A DNA stretch of 64,000 nt from Vicinamibacteria bacterium (GCA_963422395.1 OY729431.1:1376001-1440000); one strand, 5' to 3'; counted from the first letter of the stretch, positions 1 to 9,571 are shown. A program made the numbers and translations. Notes: generated from the letters alone by a model not told the origin.

Positions 1-2
1 AC

Positions 3-914
3 CGCTCCCTGCTCGCCGAGACCCTCGACGGCCTCTTCATCGCTTCGGGGCGGGAGCTCGCTTCGTTCCCCGGCGCGTCGGCGGCTTCGGTGGTCCGCGA
101 GTTCATCGCCTCCAGGCCGGAACCGGTGCAGCTCCAAGCCGCCGCCCTCCTCCACACCGAAGCGGCGGTGCTGGCGAGCCAGGACGCCGACCGGCACCTG
201 GAATACGCTCGCGCGCTGCTGGCGGCGCTTCCCGACGCCGCCCGGCGGGAAGTCTGGCTCCGCCGCTGGTGGCTCGCCGTGGGCTACTCCTATCAGGTGG
301 CGCTGAATTCGGTGGCCGGGGTGGCCGCCTACGAAGCGGCGCTCGACGATCTGCCGGGGGATCGGGAGATTCGGGAGGCCCTCGCCGCCATGCTCCAAAT
401 GGTCGGTCGGCAGCGGGAAGAACAGCCGTACCTGCTCCGGGCCGAGGAACTGCTGCGCGAGCTTCTCGGGGAGATGCCGAAGGACGCCGAACTGCGCGTC
501 CGGCTCGCCGGAGTGCTCCTCGACCTGGGACGGGTCCAGGAAGCGGAGCGCGAACTCGATGCTGTCGAGGGGGCGCGGCTCCCGCCGTTGCCCCGCCTCG
601 CGGCGTTGTTGATCCGGGGAGAAGCCGCGCTCGGGGCCGAACATTTCCGAGACGCCGAAACCGCTTTCGCCGAGGCCGCCCGCCGCGCCCGCCGTTCGCC
701 GGCGGCGGTTTCCGGCTTGGTAGCCGCCCGGCTCGCCCTCGGCGACCGTACCGGAGCCGCCGAAGCGGCGAGCACCCTCCTGTCGCGGCCCGCCGCCGGT
801 TGGGAGCCGGAATGGCGTTACTGGCTCGGGCCGGCGCTCGACTTCCAGGAGCTGTTCCAGGCGATGAAGGACGAGGTCCGCGATGCAGCGGGTCGTCAGG
901 AGACGCCGCGGTGA
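3..914 (+). CDS. Tetratricopeptide-repeat-like helical protein (5' partial)
   Basis: Frame is open from the window start. Ala/Leu-rich TPR-like helices. Stop overlaps the GTG of the VWA gene. Confidence 0.65.
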   Translation, partial: RSLLAETLDGLFIASGRELASFPGASAASVVREFIASRPEPVQLQAAALLHTEAAVLASQDADRHLEYARALLAALPDAARREVWLRRWWLAVGYSYQVALNSVAGVAAYEAALDDLPGDREIREALAAMLQMVGRQREEQPYLLRAEELLRELLGEMPKDAELRVRLAGVLLDLGRVQEAERELDAVEGARLPPLPRLAALLIRGEAALGAEHFRDAETAFAEAARRARRSPAAVSGLVAARLALGDRTGAAEAASTLLSRPAAGWEPEWRYWLGPALDFQELFQAMKDEVRDAAGRQETPR

Positions 915-1927
915 AGGCCGAAGATATCGAGAAGCGTCTTGCGAACGCGTTCATCGCTGCGGTTCTCATGCTGGCGGGGACGGTCGCTGTCCTGGCGGGG
1001 CCGGTCGCTGCGGCTTCGGCTCAGGAGCCGTCTCCCGCTCCGGAGGAAGTGCGGGTCGAGGTGGTCGTCCACCGAGACGGCGAGCCGATTCCGACCCCGG
1101 ATGCCGCCGGTTTGCGACTCTTCGTGGATGACCGGCAGACGGCGTTCGACTGGATCCCGGAGGAGCCGATCGCGCTCGCGGTCATCATGGACTTGAGTTC
1201 GAGCATGACCGGAGAAAAGCTCCGGGCTGCCGTCCGGGGGATCTCCGGGCTCTTCTCGTCGCTCGGCGAAGACGACCGCTGCGCGCTTCTCTCCTTCACC
1301 CGGCGGATCGAGCTCCATTCGGGGTGGGAGGGGACCTGCGCCGATGCTGCGGAAGCGGCCGGTGCGCTGCGGAGCGGCGGCCCCGCGGCGCTCAACAACG
1401 CCCTGACCCTAGCTCTGGGGCTCCTCGCCGCCGCGCCGGGACGGCCGGTTCTGGCGCTCTTCACCGACGGCGTGGACGGGGCGAGTTGGACCCGCGACAC
1501 CTGGCCACTGGTGGCTGCCGCCGGGCAGGCGCCGCTCGTGTTCGCGGTCACCGCGCCGGCGGCGCAGGGCGCCGGTCGTGTCGGCGGACTCTACGGAAGC
1601 GTCAGCGCAGACGACCTCGCCAACCAGATCACCTTCGAGGGCCGGCACCTGCAGGACTCCGGGCGAGACCTCCGGGGTCTTCGCAATACGGATCCGTTCT
1701 GGGCGCTCGCCGAACTGGCGCAGCTCTCCGGGGGAGCGCTCGTTCGAACCGAAGGCAGCCCCGAGGAGATCGAGGCTGAACTCGCCAGCCTCGGAGCCGC
1801 GGTGCGTGCGCGCACCTCGCTCCGTTTTCGCCCGCCCGCCGGCCTCGCACCGGGCTGGTATTCGCTTCGGGTCGAGAGCTCGGCGGGCGAGGTGCAGCAC
1901 CGGATCGGTTTCGCCTGGCCGGAGTGA
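911..1927 (+). CDS. VWA (von Willebrand A) domain protein, secreted
   Basis: GTGA overlap start at 911, signal peptide, MIDAS motif DLSSS, FTDG motif. Confidence 0.8.
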   Translation: MKAEDIEKRLANAFIAAVLMLAGTVAVLAGPVAAASAQEPSPAPEEVRVEVVVHRDGEPIPTPDAAGLRLFVDDRQTAFDWIPEEPIALAVIMDLSSSMTGEKLRAAVRGISGLFSSLGEDDRCALLSFTRRIELHSGWEGTCADAAEAAGALRSGGPAALNNALTLALGLLAAAPGRPVLALFTDGVDGASWTRDTWPLVAAAGQAPLVFAVTAPAAQGAGRVGGLYGSVSADDLANQITFEGRHLQDSGRDLRGLRNTDPFWALAELAQLSGGALVRTEGSPEEIEAELASLGAAVRARTSLRFRPPAGLAPGWYSLRVESSAGEVQHRIGFAWPE

Positions 1928-3006
1928 ACGGCCGGACTCCGGCCCGGGGCCGGGGTGCGGGCTCTAACCCGACGGGGCGGTTCGAGCCGGTGCGCGAGGA
2001 GGCGTTCGACGATGGCTGGGGTTCGACCGAGCCGCCGCCCCACCAGGTCCCCACCACGCTCCTTCTCGACCGGACGAAGACGATCATCGCCCGGAACGAT
2101 TCTCCGGATGTTCCGTTCGACCGCTCCATCAATCCCTACCGGGGATGCGAGCACGGCTGCATCTACTGCTTCGCCCGCCCGAGCCATGCCTGGCTGGGTC
2201 TCTCTCCGGGCCTCGACTTCGAGACCCGGATCGTGGCGAAGCCGGAAGCAGCCGACCTGTTGCGCGGCGAACTCCGAAAGCGCGGCTACGCGCCCGGCCC
2301 GCTCGCGCTCGGCTCGAACACCGATCCGTACCAGCCGTTCGAACGCGAGCTGAAGATCACCCGTCAGATTCTCGAGGTGCTTTCCGAGGCCCGTCATCCC
2401 GCCGGCATCGTCACGAAGTCGGCGCTCGTCCTCCGCGATCTCGACCTCATCGCCCCGATGGCCCGGGACGGGCTGATGCAAGTGATGGTGTCGGTGACGA
2501 CCCTCGATCGCCGGCTCGCCCGGATCATGGAGCCGCGTGCTGCGACTCCCGAGAGAAGGCTGTCCACCGTCCGCGCCCTTCGCGAAGCCGGAGTACCGGT
2601 GGGAGTGCTGGCCTCTCCCATGATTCCGGCGCTCAACGACGCCGAACTCGAGGCGATCCTCGAGGCGGCAGCAGCAGCGGGCGCCGTCTTCGGCGGGTTC
2701 ATCCTCGTCCGACTGCCCCACGAGCTGAAGGGCCTGTTCGGCAACTGGCTCGAAACGCACTTCCCGACCCGAGCCGCCCACATCCAGAACCTGATCCGAG
2801 AGGCCCGCGGCGGCAAGCTGTACGAGGCGAAGTTCGGGGAGCGGATGCGAGGCCGGGGCCCCTACGCGGAACTTCTGGCGCAGCGCTTCCGGGTGGCTTC
2901 CCGCCGACTCGGGCTCGACCGCCCCCATCCGGGCTTCCGCACGGACCTCTTCCGTCCGCCGCGGGCAGCGGGTGCTTCTCGTTCCCTGTTCGCTGCGCGC
3001 CCCTGA
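1924..3006 (+). CDS. Radical SAM protein, PA0069 family (SplB-like DNA repair)
   Basis: SINPYRGCEHGCIYCFARP (CxxxCxxC) and NTDPYQP motifs. Confidence 0.9.
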   Translation: MNGRTPARGRGAGSNPTGRFEPVREEAFDDGWGSTEPPPHQVPTTLLLDRTKTIIARNDSPDVPFDRSINPYRGCEHGCIYCFARPSHAWLGLSPGLDFETRIVAKPEAADLLRGELRKRGYAPGPLALGSNTDPYQPFERELKITRQILEVLSEARHPAGIVTKSALVLRDLDLIAPMARDGLMQVMVSVTTLDRRLARIMEPRAATPERRLSTVRALREAGVPVGVLASPMIPALNDAELEAILEAAAAAGAVFGGFILVRLPHELKGLFGNWLETHFPTRAAHIQNLIREARGGKLYEAKFGERMRGRGPYAELLAQRFRVASRRLGLDRPHPGFRTDLFRPPRAAGASRSLFAARP

Positions 3007-3043
3007 CGGGTGCCCTCGACCGGCCTCGGCCCCTTCCGAACCT

Positions 3044-4174
3044 TCAGTTCAGGTTCTTGCGATTGGGGACGAGGGGCGATCCGGCGGCCCGCTTCGCCGC
3101 GATCTCTTCGTGGGTTGCGTCGAGCCGGACGAATCGCTCCGGAGTCGAGGGGTGTGTCGAGCGGTGGCTGTTTTCGATGCTGTCTCGGTTCTCCGCCGCC
3201 AGCCGCCTCCAGAACACGCCGGTATCTTCGGTCTCCACTCCGGCGCGGGCGAGCAGGTACATCCCCAGATAGTCGGCCTCGCGCTCGAAATCCTGACTGA
3301 ATGCCCTGCTTCCGCTTGCCATTCCTGCGAGAGTCGGGATGCTGCCGGTGTTCACTCCCGTCGTCGCCCGGATCAACGCCCCCGCCGCCAGACCGATGAG
3401 GCCTCCGAACAGCGTGTTCGTTTTCTTGGCGGTGATGTGCCCTGCCAGGTTGTGAGCGAGTTCGTGAGCGATGACGACCTGCAGCTCCTCGTCGTCCTCG
3501 GCGAACCGCATCATCCCGGTGGTGATATAGACCGCCTCCCCGTCGGCGAAAGCGTTGATGGTCTGGTCTTCCCAGAGCATGACCGGGTAGTCGCAGAGGA
3601 GTTCCGGGACCAGCTCCTGGATGTAGGGCTCGCCCTCCCGCTCGAGCCGTACCGGAACTGCCGGGAACGGCGCGCTTCCTGGTGAGAACTCACGGAGCCG
3701 TCGGTATCCATGCTCTACTCCGCGCTTCCCCTCCGGCAGCCGGTAACGCCCGACATGGGTGAGGACATCCCCCGGCTGGATAGCGGCGTAGTCGGCGGGC
3801 CCTCCCTTGGGGACGATCGTCACCGTGGGCGCCCGACGGAGGCCGAGCGCTCGGATGGCCGCGTCTCGCTCCTCGTCGTCGTACTCGTCGGACGACTCGA
3901 ACGAGAATCCGAACGCGGCAACCGTGTTGCTCGCGCACAGTTCGGCGCCATCGCGCTGCAGTGGCCACGCCAGGTCGGCGAGGCGCTGCTGCCGCTTCTG
4001 GCCGACGGAGAAGGCGATCTCTTGCTGCAGCAGGCGTTCTCTCGCAACGGCGCCGGCGTCTGCAGCGGGAAGCGCACTCTTGGGAGCCACGCACCCGACG
4101 GACGACGCGATGCCGATTCCGACTGCCGCGAGGGCGACGGACGCAATGGGGCGGAGGTTGCGAAGGCTGTCCAT
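3044..4174 (-). CDS. M48 family zinc metallopeptidase with PDZ domain, probable lipoprotein
   Basis: HELAH, INAFA, EREADYLG and STHP motifs, PDZ-like segment. Start chosen at MDSLRN, ahead of a lipobox (SVGC). Confidence 0.85.
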   Translation of the reverse strand: MDSLRNLRPIASVALAAVGIGIASSVGCVAPKSALPAADAGAVARERLLQQEIAFSVGQKRQQRLADLAWPLQRDGAELCASNTVAAFGFSFESSDEYDDEERDAAIRALGLRRAPTVTIVPKGGPADYAAIQPGDVLTHVGRYRLPEGKRGVEHGYRRLREFSPGSAPFPAVPVRLEREGEPYIQELVPELLCDYPVMLWEDQTINAFADGEAVYITTGMMRFAEDDEELQVVIAHELAHNLAGHITAKKTNTLFGGLIGLAAGALIRATTGVNTGSIPTLAGMASGSRAFSQDFEREADYLGMYLLARAGVETEDTGVFWRRLAAENRDSIENSHRSTHPSTPERFVRLDATHEEIAAKRAAGSPLVPNRKNLN

Positions 4175-4248
4175 GGATCCATTCTCTCGCACTCCACGAG
4201 AAAGGCCAGCCTCAGCCTCGTACTCTTTCCCGTGAGAGGTTCCGCGTC

Positions 4249-5493
4249 GTGAAAGTTCGTTTCCCGTTTTCAACCCCCCTTCTGCTTGCTGGTGTTGTTG
4301 GTGTTGCCGATATTGCCGCGGCCGCATTTCCGCAGGAGACACCCCGAGCCCGGGATCTCGGAGTGCCCTTCGAGGGCGAGCCCGGTCCGCTGAACGCGAT
4401 CACCGATGTCGCCGGCCTGGAAGTGGGCCACCACACGATCATCCGGGGAGAGGGAGCGCTTCGGGTCGGCGAGGGTCCGGTGCGGACCGGGGTCACCGCG
4501 GTGCTCCCCCGCGGCCGCAGAAGCCGGGGCCGGGTTTTCGCCGCTTGGTTCACGCTCAACGGCAACGGCGAGATGACCGGGACGACCTGGCTCCGCGACC
4601 GCGGCATTCTCGAAGGTGCAGTGATGATCACGAACACCCACAGCGTGGGCGCGGTGCATGAGGCCACGATCGCCTGGGCCCAGCAGAATCTCGAAGCCCC
4701 GGATTGGAGCCTACCGCTGGTAGCCGAGACCTGGGACGGATTCCTGAACGACATCAACGGTTTCCATGTGCGCCGGGAGCATGTTTTCGCCGCTCTGGAC
4801 TCCGCCCGCGGCGGGCCGGTCACCGAGGGTTCGGTCGGCGGCGGCACGGGGATGCGCACCTTCGGGTTCAAGGCCGGAATCGGCACTTCTTCGCGTCGGG
4901 TCGAAGCCGGCGGAGGCGGCTATGTGGTGGGCGTGCTGGTGCAATCCAACTTCGGCAGCCGCCGGTTGATGACGATCTCCGGCGTGCCGGTGGGCCGCGA
5001 GATTCCGGAGCTGGTCCCCGAGCGCGGCGCCTTCGATCTCCCGCGCGAGGGGTCAGGCGGCGGAAACGGTGCTCTCTCCGACGGCGGTGCTGCGGGGCTC
5101 GGGCGCGACGGCTCGATCATCATCGTGGCGGCCACCGACGCCCCGCTTCTCCCGCACCAGCTCGACCGTTTCATCCGCCGCGCCTCGCTCGCGCTGGGCC
5201 GGGTGGGCAGCATCGCCTCGAACGGCTCCGGCGACATCTTCGTGGCCTTTTCGACCGCGAACCAGGCCGCCGCCCACAACGAAAGCGGAGTGGCTCCGCT
5301 CGAAATCCTCGCCAATCCGGATCTGAACCCATTTTTCGAGGCGGTGGTGCAGGCGACCGAGGAGGCGATCGTGAACGCGTTGGTCGCCGGCCGCGACATG
5401 ACGGGAGTCAACGGCCGCAAGGTCTATGGCCTTCCGCACGACCGCCTGCGGGAGATCCTCCGCCGCTACGGCCGCCTCGCCGAGCCGGGCTGA
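4249..5493 (+). CDS. DmpA/P1 family (S58) aminopeptidase
   Basis: NAITDVAGLEVGH, NGNGEMTG, EGSVGGGTGM and the G-S autocleavage site (DGSIII). Signal peptide present. Confidence 0.9.
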   Translation: MKVRFPFSTPLLLAGVVGVADIAAAAFPQETPRARDLGVPFEGEPGPLNAITDVAGLEVGHHTIIRGEGALRVGEGPVRTGVTAVLPRGRRSRGRVFAAWFTLNGNGEMTGTTWLRDRGILEGAVMITNTHSVGAVHEATIAWAQQNLEAPDWSLPLVAETWDGFLNDINGFHVRREHVFAALDSARGGPVTEGSVGGGTGMRTFGFKAGIGTSSRRVEAGGGGYVVGVLVQSNFGSRRLMTISGVPVGREIPELVPERGAFDLPREGSGGGNGALSDGGAAGLGRDGSIIIVAATDAPLLPHQLDRFIRRASLALGRVGSIASNGSGDIFVAFSTANQAAAHNESGVAPLEILANPDLNPFFEAVVQATEEAIVNALVAGRDMTGVNGRKVYGLPHDRLREILRRYGRLAEPG

Positions 5494-5589
5494 CACACGG
5501 CCGCAGGGCGGACCGGTACGCGCTCGGCCGATCTCGGAGGCTGGCATCCTGAACCGCGCGAGGGGCACGAGGCCGCAAACGAACCCCGG

Positions 5590-5618
5590 TTGGCGTGGCG
5601 CATCGATCTTGCTAGACT
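5590..5618 (+). promoter_or_regulatory. sigma70-type promoter of the NYN gene
   Basis: TTGGCG-17 nt-TAGACT with extended -10 TG. Confidence 0.5.
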
Positions 5619-5637
5619 AAGGACACGCGAGAAAAAC

Positions 5638-5699
5638 GGCGCCTGGCTGGAGTCATCCATCCCAAGAAGGGCCTCTTGGCCTTCACCTGGTCAGGCGCC
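5638..5699 (+). ncRNA. Structured leader / candidate ncRNA upstream of the NYN gene
   Basis: Outer stem GGCGCCTGG...TCAGGCGCC, inner hairpin CCAAGA-AGGGCC-TCTTGG. CCATCCC can alternatively pair with GGGATGG at the start codon. Confidence 0.45.
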
Positions 5700-5724
5700 A
5701 ACCCGTGAGTGAGCTCTTGAAGGG

Positions 5725-6395
5725 ATGGGTCGTGTAGCGCTCATCATGGATGGCGGGTATGTCATCAAGCGTTTCGAGGGGGAGAACCGCCCTTTCCCGA
5801 GTGTGGCCAACATCCAGCAGTTGGCGGGATTCCTGATGGAAGGAATCCGGGATGGAACCCTGTATCGGGTCCTTTTCTACAACGCGGACCCATACCGCGG
5901 TTCGGAGCCCCGGCCCCTCGGAGGCGCGAAGATCCAATTTGCGGACACGAAGACGGCTCGTAACAACGAGCGACTCATGCATGGATTGGAGGAATCGGAC
6001 GACTTTGCTGTCCGGCGCGGGGAACTGGTTTTTCGAGGTTGGCGTCTTTCATCGAATGCCTTGGAAGCCCTGCGAAATCAGCCGGGGAAAACCGTGTCGG
6101 GCACGGACTTCATTTACGGCAAAAGGGTGTGGACATGCGGATGGGGCTGGACATCGCCGCGCTGGCGCTGAAGCGCCTCGTGGAAACGGTGATCCTGGTC
6201 ACCGGAGACGCCGACATGGTTCCGGCGATGCGTTTCGCTCGGCGCGAGGGGTTGCGGGTCGGCCTGTGCACCTTGGACCATCCGAGGATTCGCCGCGAAC
6301 TCCGGGCCCAGGCCGACTTCATCCTGAAGTGGAGTCCGCCTGCTCTGGCCGATCCCGCTGCGCCCGTTGCCGCTTCTTCAGCATCAGGTCGCTGA
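5725..6395 (+). pseudogene. NYN domain (LabA/DUF88, PIN-like) RNase, frameshifted near 6112-6114
   Basis: N-half (MDGGY, LYRVLFYNA) is in ORF 5725..6171. C-half (QKGVDMRMGLDIA, VTGDADMVPAMRFARREG) is in the -1 frame. Confidence 0.85.
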
Positions 6396-7323
6396 GCTTT
6401 TCCCCCCGGCCGGGTTCCGACCAGGGGCAGACTTCGATGCAGATGCCGCAGCCGTAGGTCTTGGTGAAGTAGGGGGCGCACTTGTCGAAATCCACATACC
6501 AGCGCTTCTCGCCGCGCACCCACTGCTTTTCCTCGTGGATGGCGTCGGGCGGGCAGTCGAGGACGCAGCGGCGGCAGTGGACGCAGACATCGTCCACCCC
6601 GATGTCGCGCGGCCCGTCCTCGGCCAGCGGCATGTCGGTGAGGACGGCGGCGAGCCGGAAGTTGGATCCGTGCTCGCGGCTGATCATGGAGCCGTGCTTG
6701 CCGAGCTGGCCGAGCCCGGCCCGGATGGCGAGCGGAATGTGCAGGATGTGGGTGGCGTTCGGATCCCCGTATGCCTTGGCCGGAAATCCGCGGCGGCGGA
6801 CGGCTCGGGCGACCCGCATCGAAATCACCGCGATCTCGCGGTAGGCGCGCATCACTTCGGCGGCGGCGCGGGGCTCGGGCGCGTGGAGCATCTCGCGGCG
6901 CCGCATGGGGAGACCGAGGCATACCGCCTGGCGATACGGGGCACGTTTTCCCTCGAACACATCGCTGTCCTGGACGCTGGTGATCCCCACCAGGCTCGCC
7001 CCGGCTGCCTTCGCGACCTCCTTCATCCAGGCCGCGTTTTCTTCCGCACTCCGGGCAAGCTGCCGCCGAGCCACCGGCCCCCGCTCGGCTCGCAGCTGGA
7101 ACTTGTTGATGAGCCGATGCCGCACCACCTGCCAGGGGTTGAGGCACATGAAGAAGTCGTCGAGGCCCTGCCAGGCGATTTTTCGGTCAGGATCGGCGTT
7201 GTGGAAAACTTGGGAAGCGCGCCGCGGCTTCTCTTCTCCGAGGCCGTTGATCGCGTTTCCCGATGGCGGCGGTTTCCGGTAGCCGAAGGCGTACACCGGC
7301 GGCGGGGTGGTTCCGAGTTTCAT
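6319..7323 (-). CDS. Reductive dehalogenase/QueG-like cobalamin and 2x[4Fe-4S] protein
   Basis: AGLGQLGKHGSMISREHGSNFRLAAVLTDMPL, plus CxxCxxCxxxCP and CxxCxxxCP clusters. Confidence 0.75.
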   Translation of the reverse strand: MKLGTTPPPVYAFGYRKPPPSGNAINGLGEEKPRRASQVFHNADPDRKIAWQGLDDFFMCLNPWQVVRHRLINKFQLRAERGPVARRQLARSAEENAAWMKEVAKAAGASLVGITSVQDSDVFEGKRAPYRQAVCLGLPMRRREMLHAPEPRAAAEVMRAYREIAVISMRVARAVRRRGFPAKAYGDPNATHILHIPLAIRAGLGQLGKHGSMISREHGSNFRLAAVLTDMPLAEDGPRDIGVDDVCVHCRRCVLDCPPDAIHEEKQWVRGEKRWYVDFDKCAPYFTKTYGCGICIEVCPWSEPGRGEKLSDLMLKKRQRAQRDRPEQADSTSG

Positions 7324-7517
7324 CGGGGCGGCTCCTCGAATGGCCCGTCGTCGAGCCAGATCGTTCCCCCGCGGCGCTCGGCTTCCCGATACCGGCGCCG
7401 GACCCGCCGCGCCTTCGTGAAGTAGAGCCTCAGAAAACGGATCGCGATCGCCAGGTGGGTGAAGTCCCGGATCCTGCGGGCGAGAAAGCCCGTCAGGCCG
7501 CGCGAGGTCTCATCCAT
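7320..7517 (-). CDS. Small hypothetical protein (65 aa), coupled to the Fe-S gene
   Basis: ATGA overlap with the downstream gene. Confidence 0.5.
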   Translation of the reverse strand: MDETSRGLTGFLARRIRDFTHLAIAIRFLRLYFTKARRVRRRYREAERRGGTIWLDDGPFEEPPR

Positions 7518-7621
7518 GCTGCGATTCTAGGCGGGAGCACTTGCGGTGAAGAATCCGGGCCGCTCTAGCGTAAGAGAAAGTACGAAAGGGCGGCTGCCGC
7601 CCGCTGGCCGCACAAACCGTT

Positions 7622-8197
7622 TTGACCATCGATTCCCGCCCCCGCCGCGACGAGGAGGAACAGGGGTGGATCCGGCGCTGCCGGAACGGAAGCCGCCGCG
7701 CTTACGAGCCTCTCGTCCGCCGTTACGGGGAGTGGGCCGAGGCCCACGCCCGACGCCGGGTCGGAGACCGTGAGGAGGCCAGGGATCTGGCCCAGGAGGC
7801 GTTCGTTCGCGCTTTCCACGCGCTGCCGCGCTTCCAGACCGGGCGCCCCTTCCTGCCCTGGTTCCTCGTCATCCTCGACCGCCTCTGCCTCGACTATCTC
7901 CGGCGGCGGCGGCCCACGGTGTGGATCGGCGACATCGCCGAACGCGCCAGCGACGGCGGGATGGGATCGCTCGACGACCGACTGGCCCTGGAGCAGGGCC
8001 TCCTGGAGCTTCCGGAGGGGCAGCGGTGGGTAGTGGTGCTCAAGGACATCGAAGGGTTCGCTCACCATGAGGTGGCCGAGCGGCTCGGAATTCCTGCGGG
8101 CACCGTGATGTCTCGGCTCCACTTGGCCCGCAGGCGGCTGCGGCGAGCCCTCACCGGATTGCGAAGTCGTCGAAAACGGAGGTTGACCGCGCCATGA
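7622..8197 (+). CDS. ECF RNA polymerase sigma-70 factor
   Basis: Region 2 (DLAQEAFVRAF...FLPW) and region 4 (EVAERLGIPAGTVMSRLHLAR). Confidence 0.9.
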   Translation: MTIDSRPRRDEEEQGWIRRCRNGSRRAYEPLVRRYGEWAEAHARRRVGDREEARDLAQEAFVRAFHALPRFQTGRPFLPWFLVILDRLCLDYLRRRRPTVWIGDIAERASDGGMGSLDDRLALEQGLLELPEGQRWVVVLKDIEGFAHHEVAERLGIPAGTVMSRLHLARRRLRRALTGLRSRRKRRLTAP

Positions 8198-8565
8198 GCG
8201 AATCCCGAAACCACTTTCCCGCCGGCGCCTCGGGCCGGATCCCGGTGGATGCGCCCCAGGTGCGGAGCTCCGAGGCCCGTGCCGGCGACTGGGACGATGC
8301 GGCGCTCGACCGCTTCTGGCTCGGGGTGTATTCCCGCCTGGAACGCGGGCTCGCCTGGACCCTCGTCTCGGTCTCCGCTGCGGTTCTGTGCGGGTATTGG
8401 GCGTATGCGTTCGCCACCGAGTTCATGGTGGACTCCGGCGTGCATCTTCTGGTGCGCCTCGGGACCGCCGGGCTGCTTCTCGGCACCCTGCTTCTTCTGC
8501 TCGGCGTGGTCCGCAGGCGGATTCGCGCTCATGCCAACGATCCCTTCAGGAGGATTCGCCGATGA
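8194..8565 (+). CDS. Two-TM membrane protein, putative anti-sigma factor
   Basis: Coupled to the ECF gene, two TM helices, C-terminal DPFRRIRR. Confidence 0.7.
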   Translation: MSESRNHFPAGASGRIPVDAPQVRSSEARAGDWDDAALDRFWLGVYSRLERGLAWTLVSVSAAVLCGYWAYAFATEFMVDSGVHLLVRLGTAGLLLGTLLLLLGVVRRRIRAHANDPFRRIRR

Positions 8566-8879
8566 TTCTGAGCACCACCAACGAAGCTCCCGGGAGCCAG
8601 ATCGTCGAGATCCTCGGCATCGCCCGCGGCAACACGATCCGCGCTCGGCATCTCGGGCGCGACATCCTCGCCGGCCTCAAGGGAGTGGTCGGCGGCGAGA
8701 TCGAGTCCTACACCAAACTGATGGCGGAGAGCCGCGAACAGGCCATCGCCCGAATGATCGAACACGCTGAATCGCTGGGGGCCGATGCGATCGTCGGAAT
8801 GAGGATCACGACTTCCATGGTCATGACCACCGCCGCCGAAATCCTCGCCTACGGCACCGCCGTCCGGCTGCGCCGCTAG
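8562..8879 (+). CDS. YbjQ/UPF0145 family protein
   Basis: GIARGNTIRARHLGRD...GGEIESYT...GADAIVG...AYGTAV. Confidence 0.9.
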   Translation: MILSTTNEAPGSQIVEILGIARGNTIRARHLGRDILAGLKGVVGGEIESYTKLMAESREQAIARMIEHAESLGADAIVGMRITTSMVMTTAAEILAYGTAVRLRR

Positions 8880-9076
8880 CAGTCTGTGGACAAAGTCACA
8901 CGGCCAAAGGCCGGCGATGCCCGGTTCTCCCGGTGGGGGCCCCGGCTGAACCGCCCCGTTTCACGGCGCTCATCGTTGCGTTTCACTCGAAATACACCCG
9001 GTATTCCTCCCTCACGCGCCTTGCCAGCCGGGCGCCGCCCCGGTCTCGGTGCTCGCGCCACTTCATCCACGGGCTG
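8880..9076 (+). mobile_element. MITE-like element, full copy 1
   Basis: TIRs CAGTCTGTGGACAAAGT...ACTTCATCCACGGGCTG, flanked by CTAG/CTAA. Interior is homologous to the copies at 39388, 41825, 43810 and 46028. Confidence 0.8.
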
Positions 9077-9082
9077 CTAAGC

Positions 9083-9571
9083 GTGGCGGAAGACGCCGAG
9101 CCCGAGCGCGACTCCGGTCGGTTCTACGAGGACTTTCGGGTTGGCCAGCGGATCATCCACCCGCTGGGCCGCACGGTGTCCACCGCGGACAACGCCTGGT
9201 TCTCGCTCCTCACCCAGAATCAGAACCCTATCCACATAGACGCCCATTTCAGCGAACGGACTCTCTTCGGCAAGCCGCTCGTCAACTCCTGCCTGACCCT
9301 GGCGCTCGCTACCGGACAGTCGGTGCACGATCTCACCCGGAACGCAGTGGCCAACCTCGGATGGGAGGAAGTGCGGCTGCCAGCCCCGCTCTTCGAGGAG
9401 GACACCCTGTATTCGGAGAGTGAAGTGCTCGTAGCCCGCGAATCCCGCTCCCGTCCCGAAGCCGGGATCGTCACGGTCCGCACCACGGGTCGAAACCAGG
9501 AGGGCACCGTGGTGATCGAGTTTCGCCGCACCTTCCTCGTCTGGAAGCGCACCTGCGCTCCCAGGCCGTAG
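9083..9571 (+). CDS. MaoC family dehydratase
   Basis: GRFYEDFRVG, NQNPIHID, ANLGWEEVRLPAPLFEEDTLYSES. Confidence 0.9.
   Translation: MAEDAEPERDSGRFYEDFRVGQRIIHPLGRTVSTADNAWFSLLTQNQNPIHIDAHFSERTLFGKPLVNSCLTLALATGQSVHDLTRNAVANLGWEEVRLPAPLFEEDTLYSESEVLVARESRSRPEAGIVTVRTTGRNQEGTVVIEFRRTFLVWKRTCAPRP

Noticed and set aside
5495-5590. Possible additional MITE remnant after the DmpA gene
   Set aside because: Only a short match (GCATCCTGAACCGCGC) and no TIR, too weak to call.
6078-6095. Programmed -1 frameshift at GGGGAAAA in the NYN gene
   Set aside because: Not in X XXY YYZ phase, and the zero frame remains family-like through DFI downstream of it.
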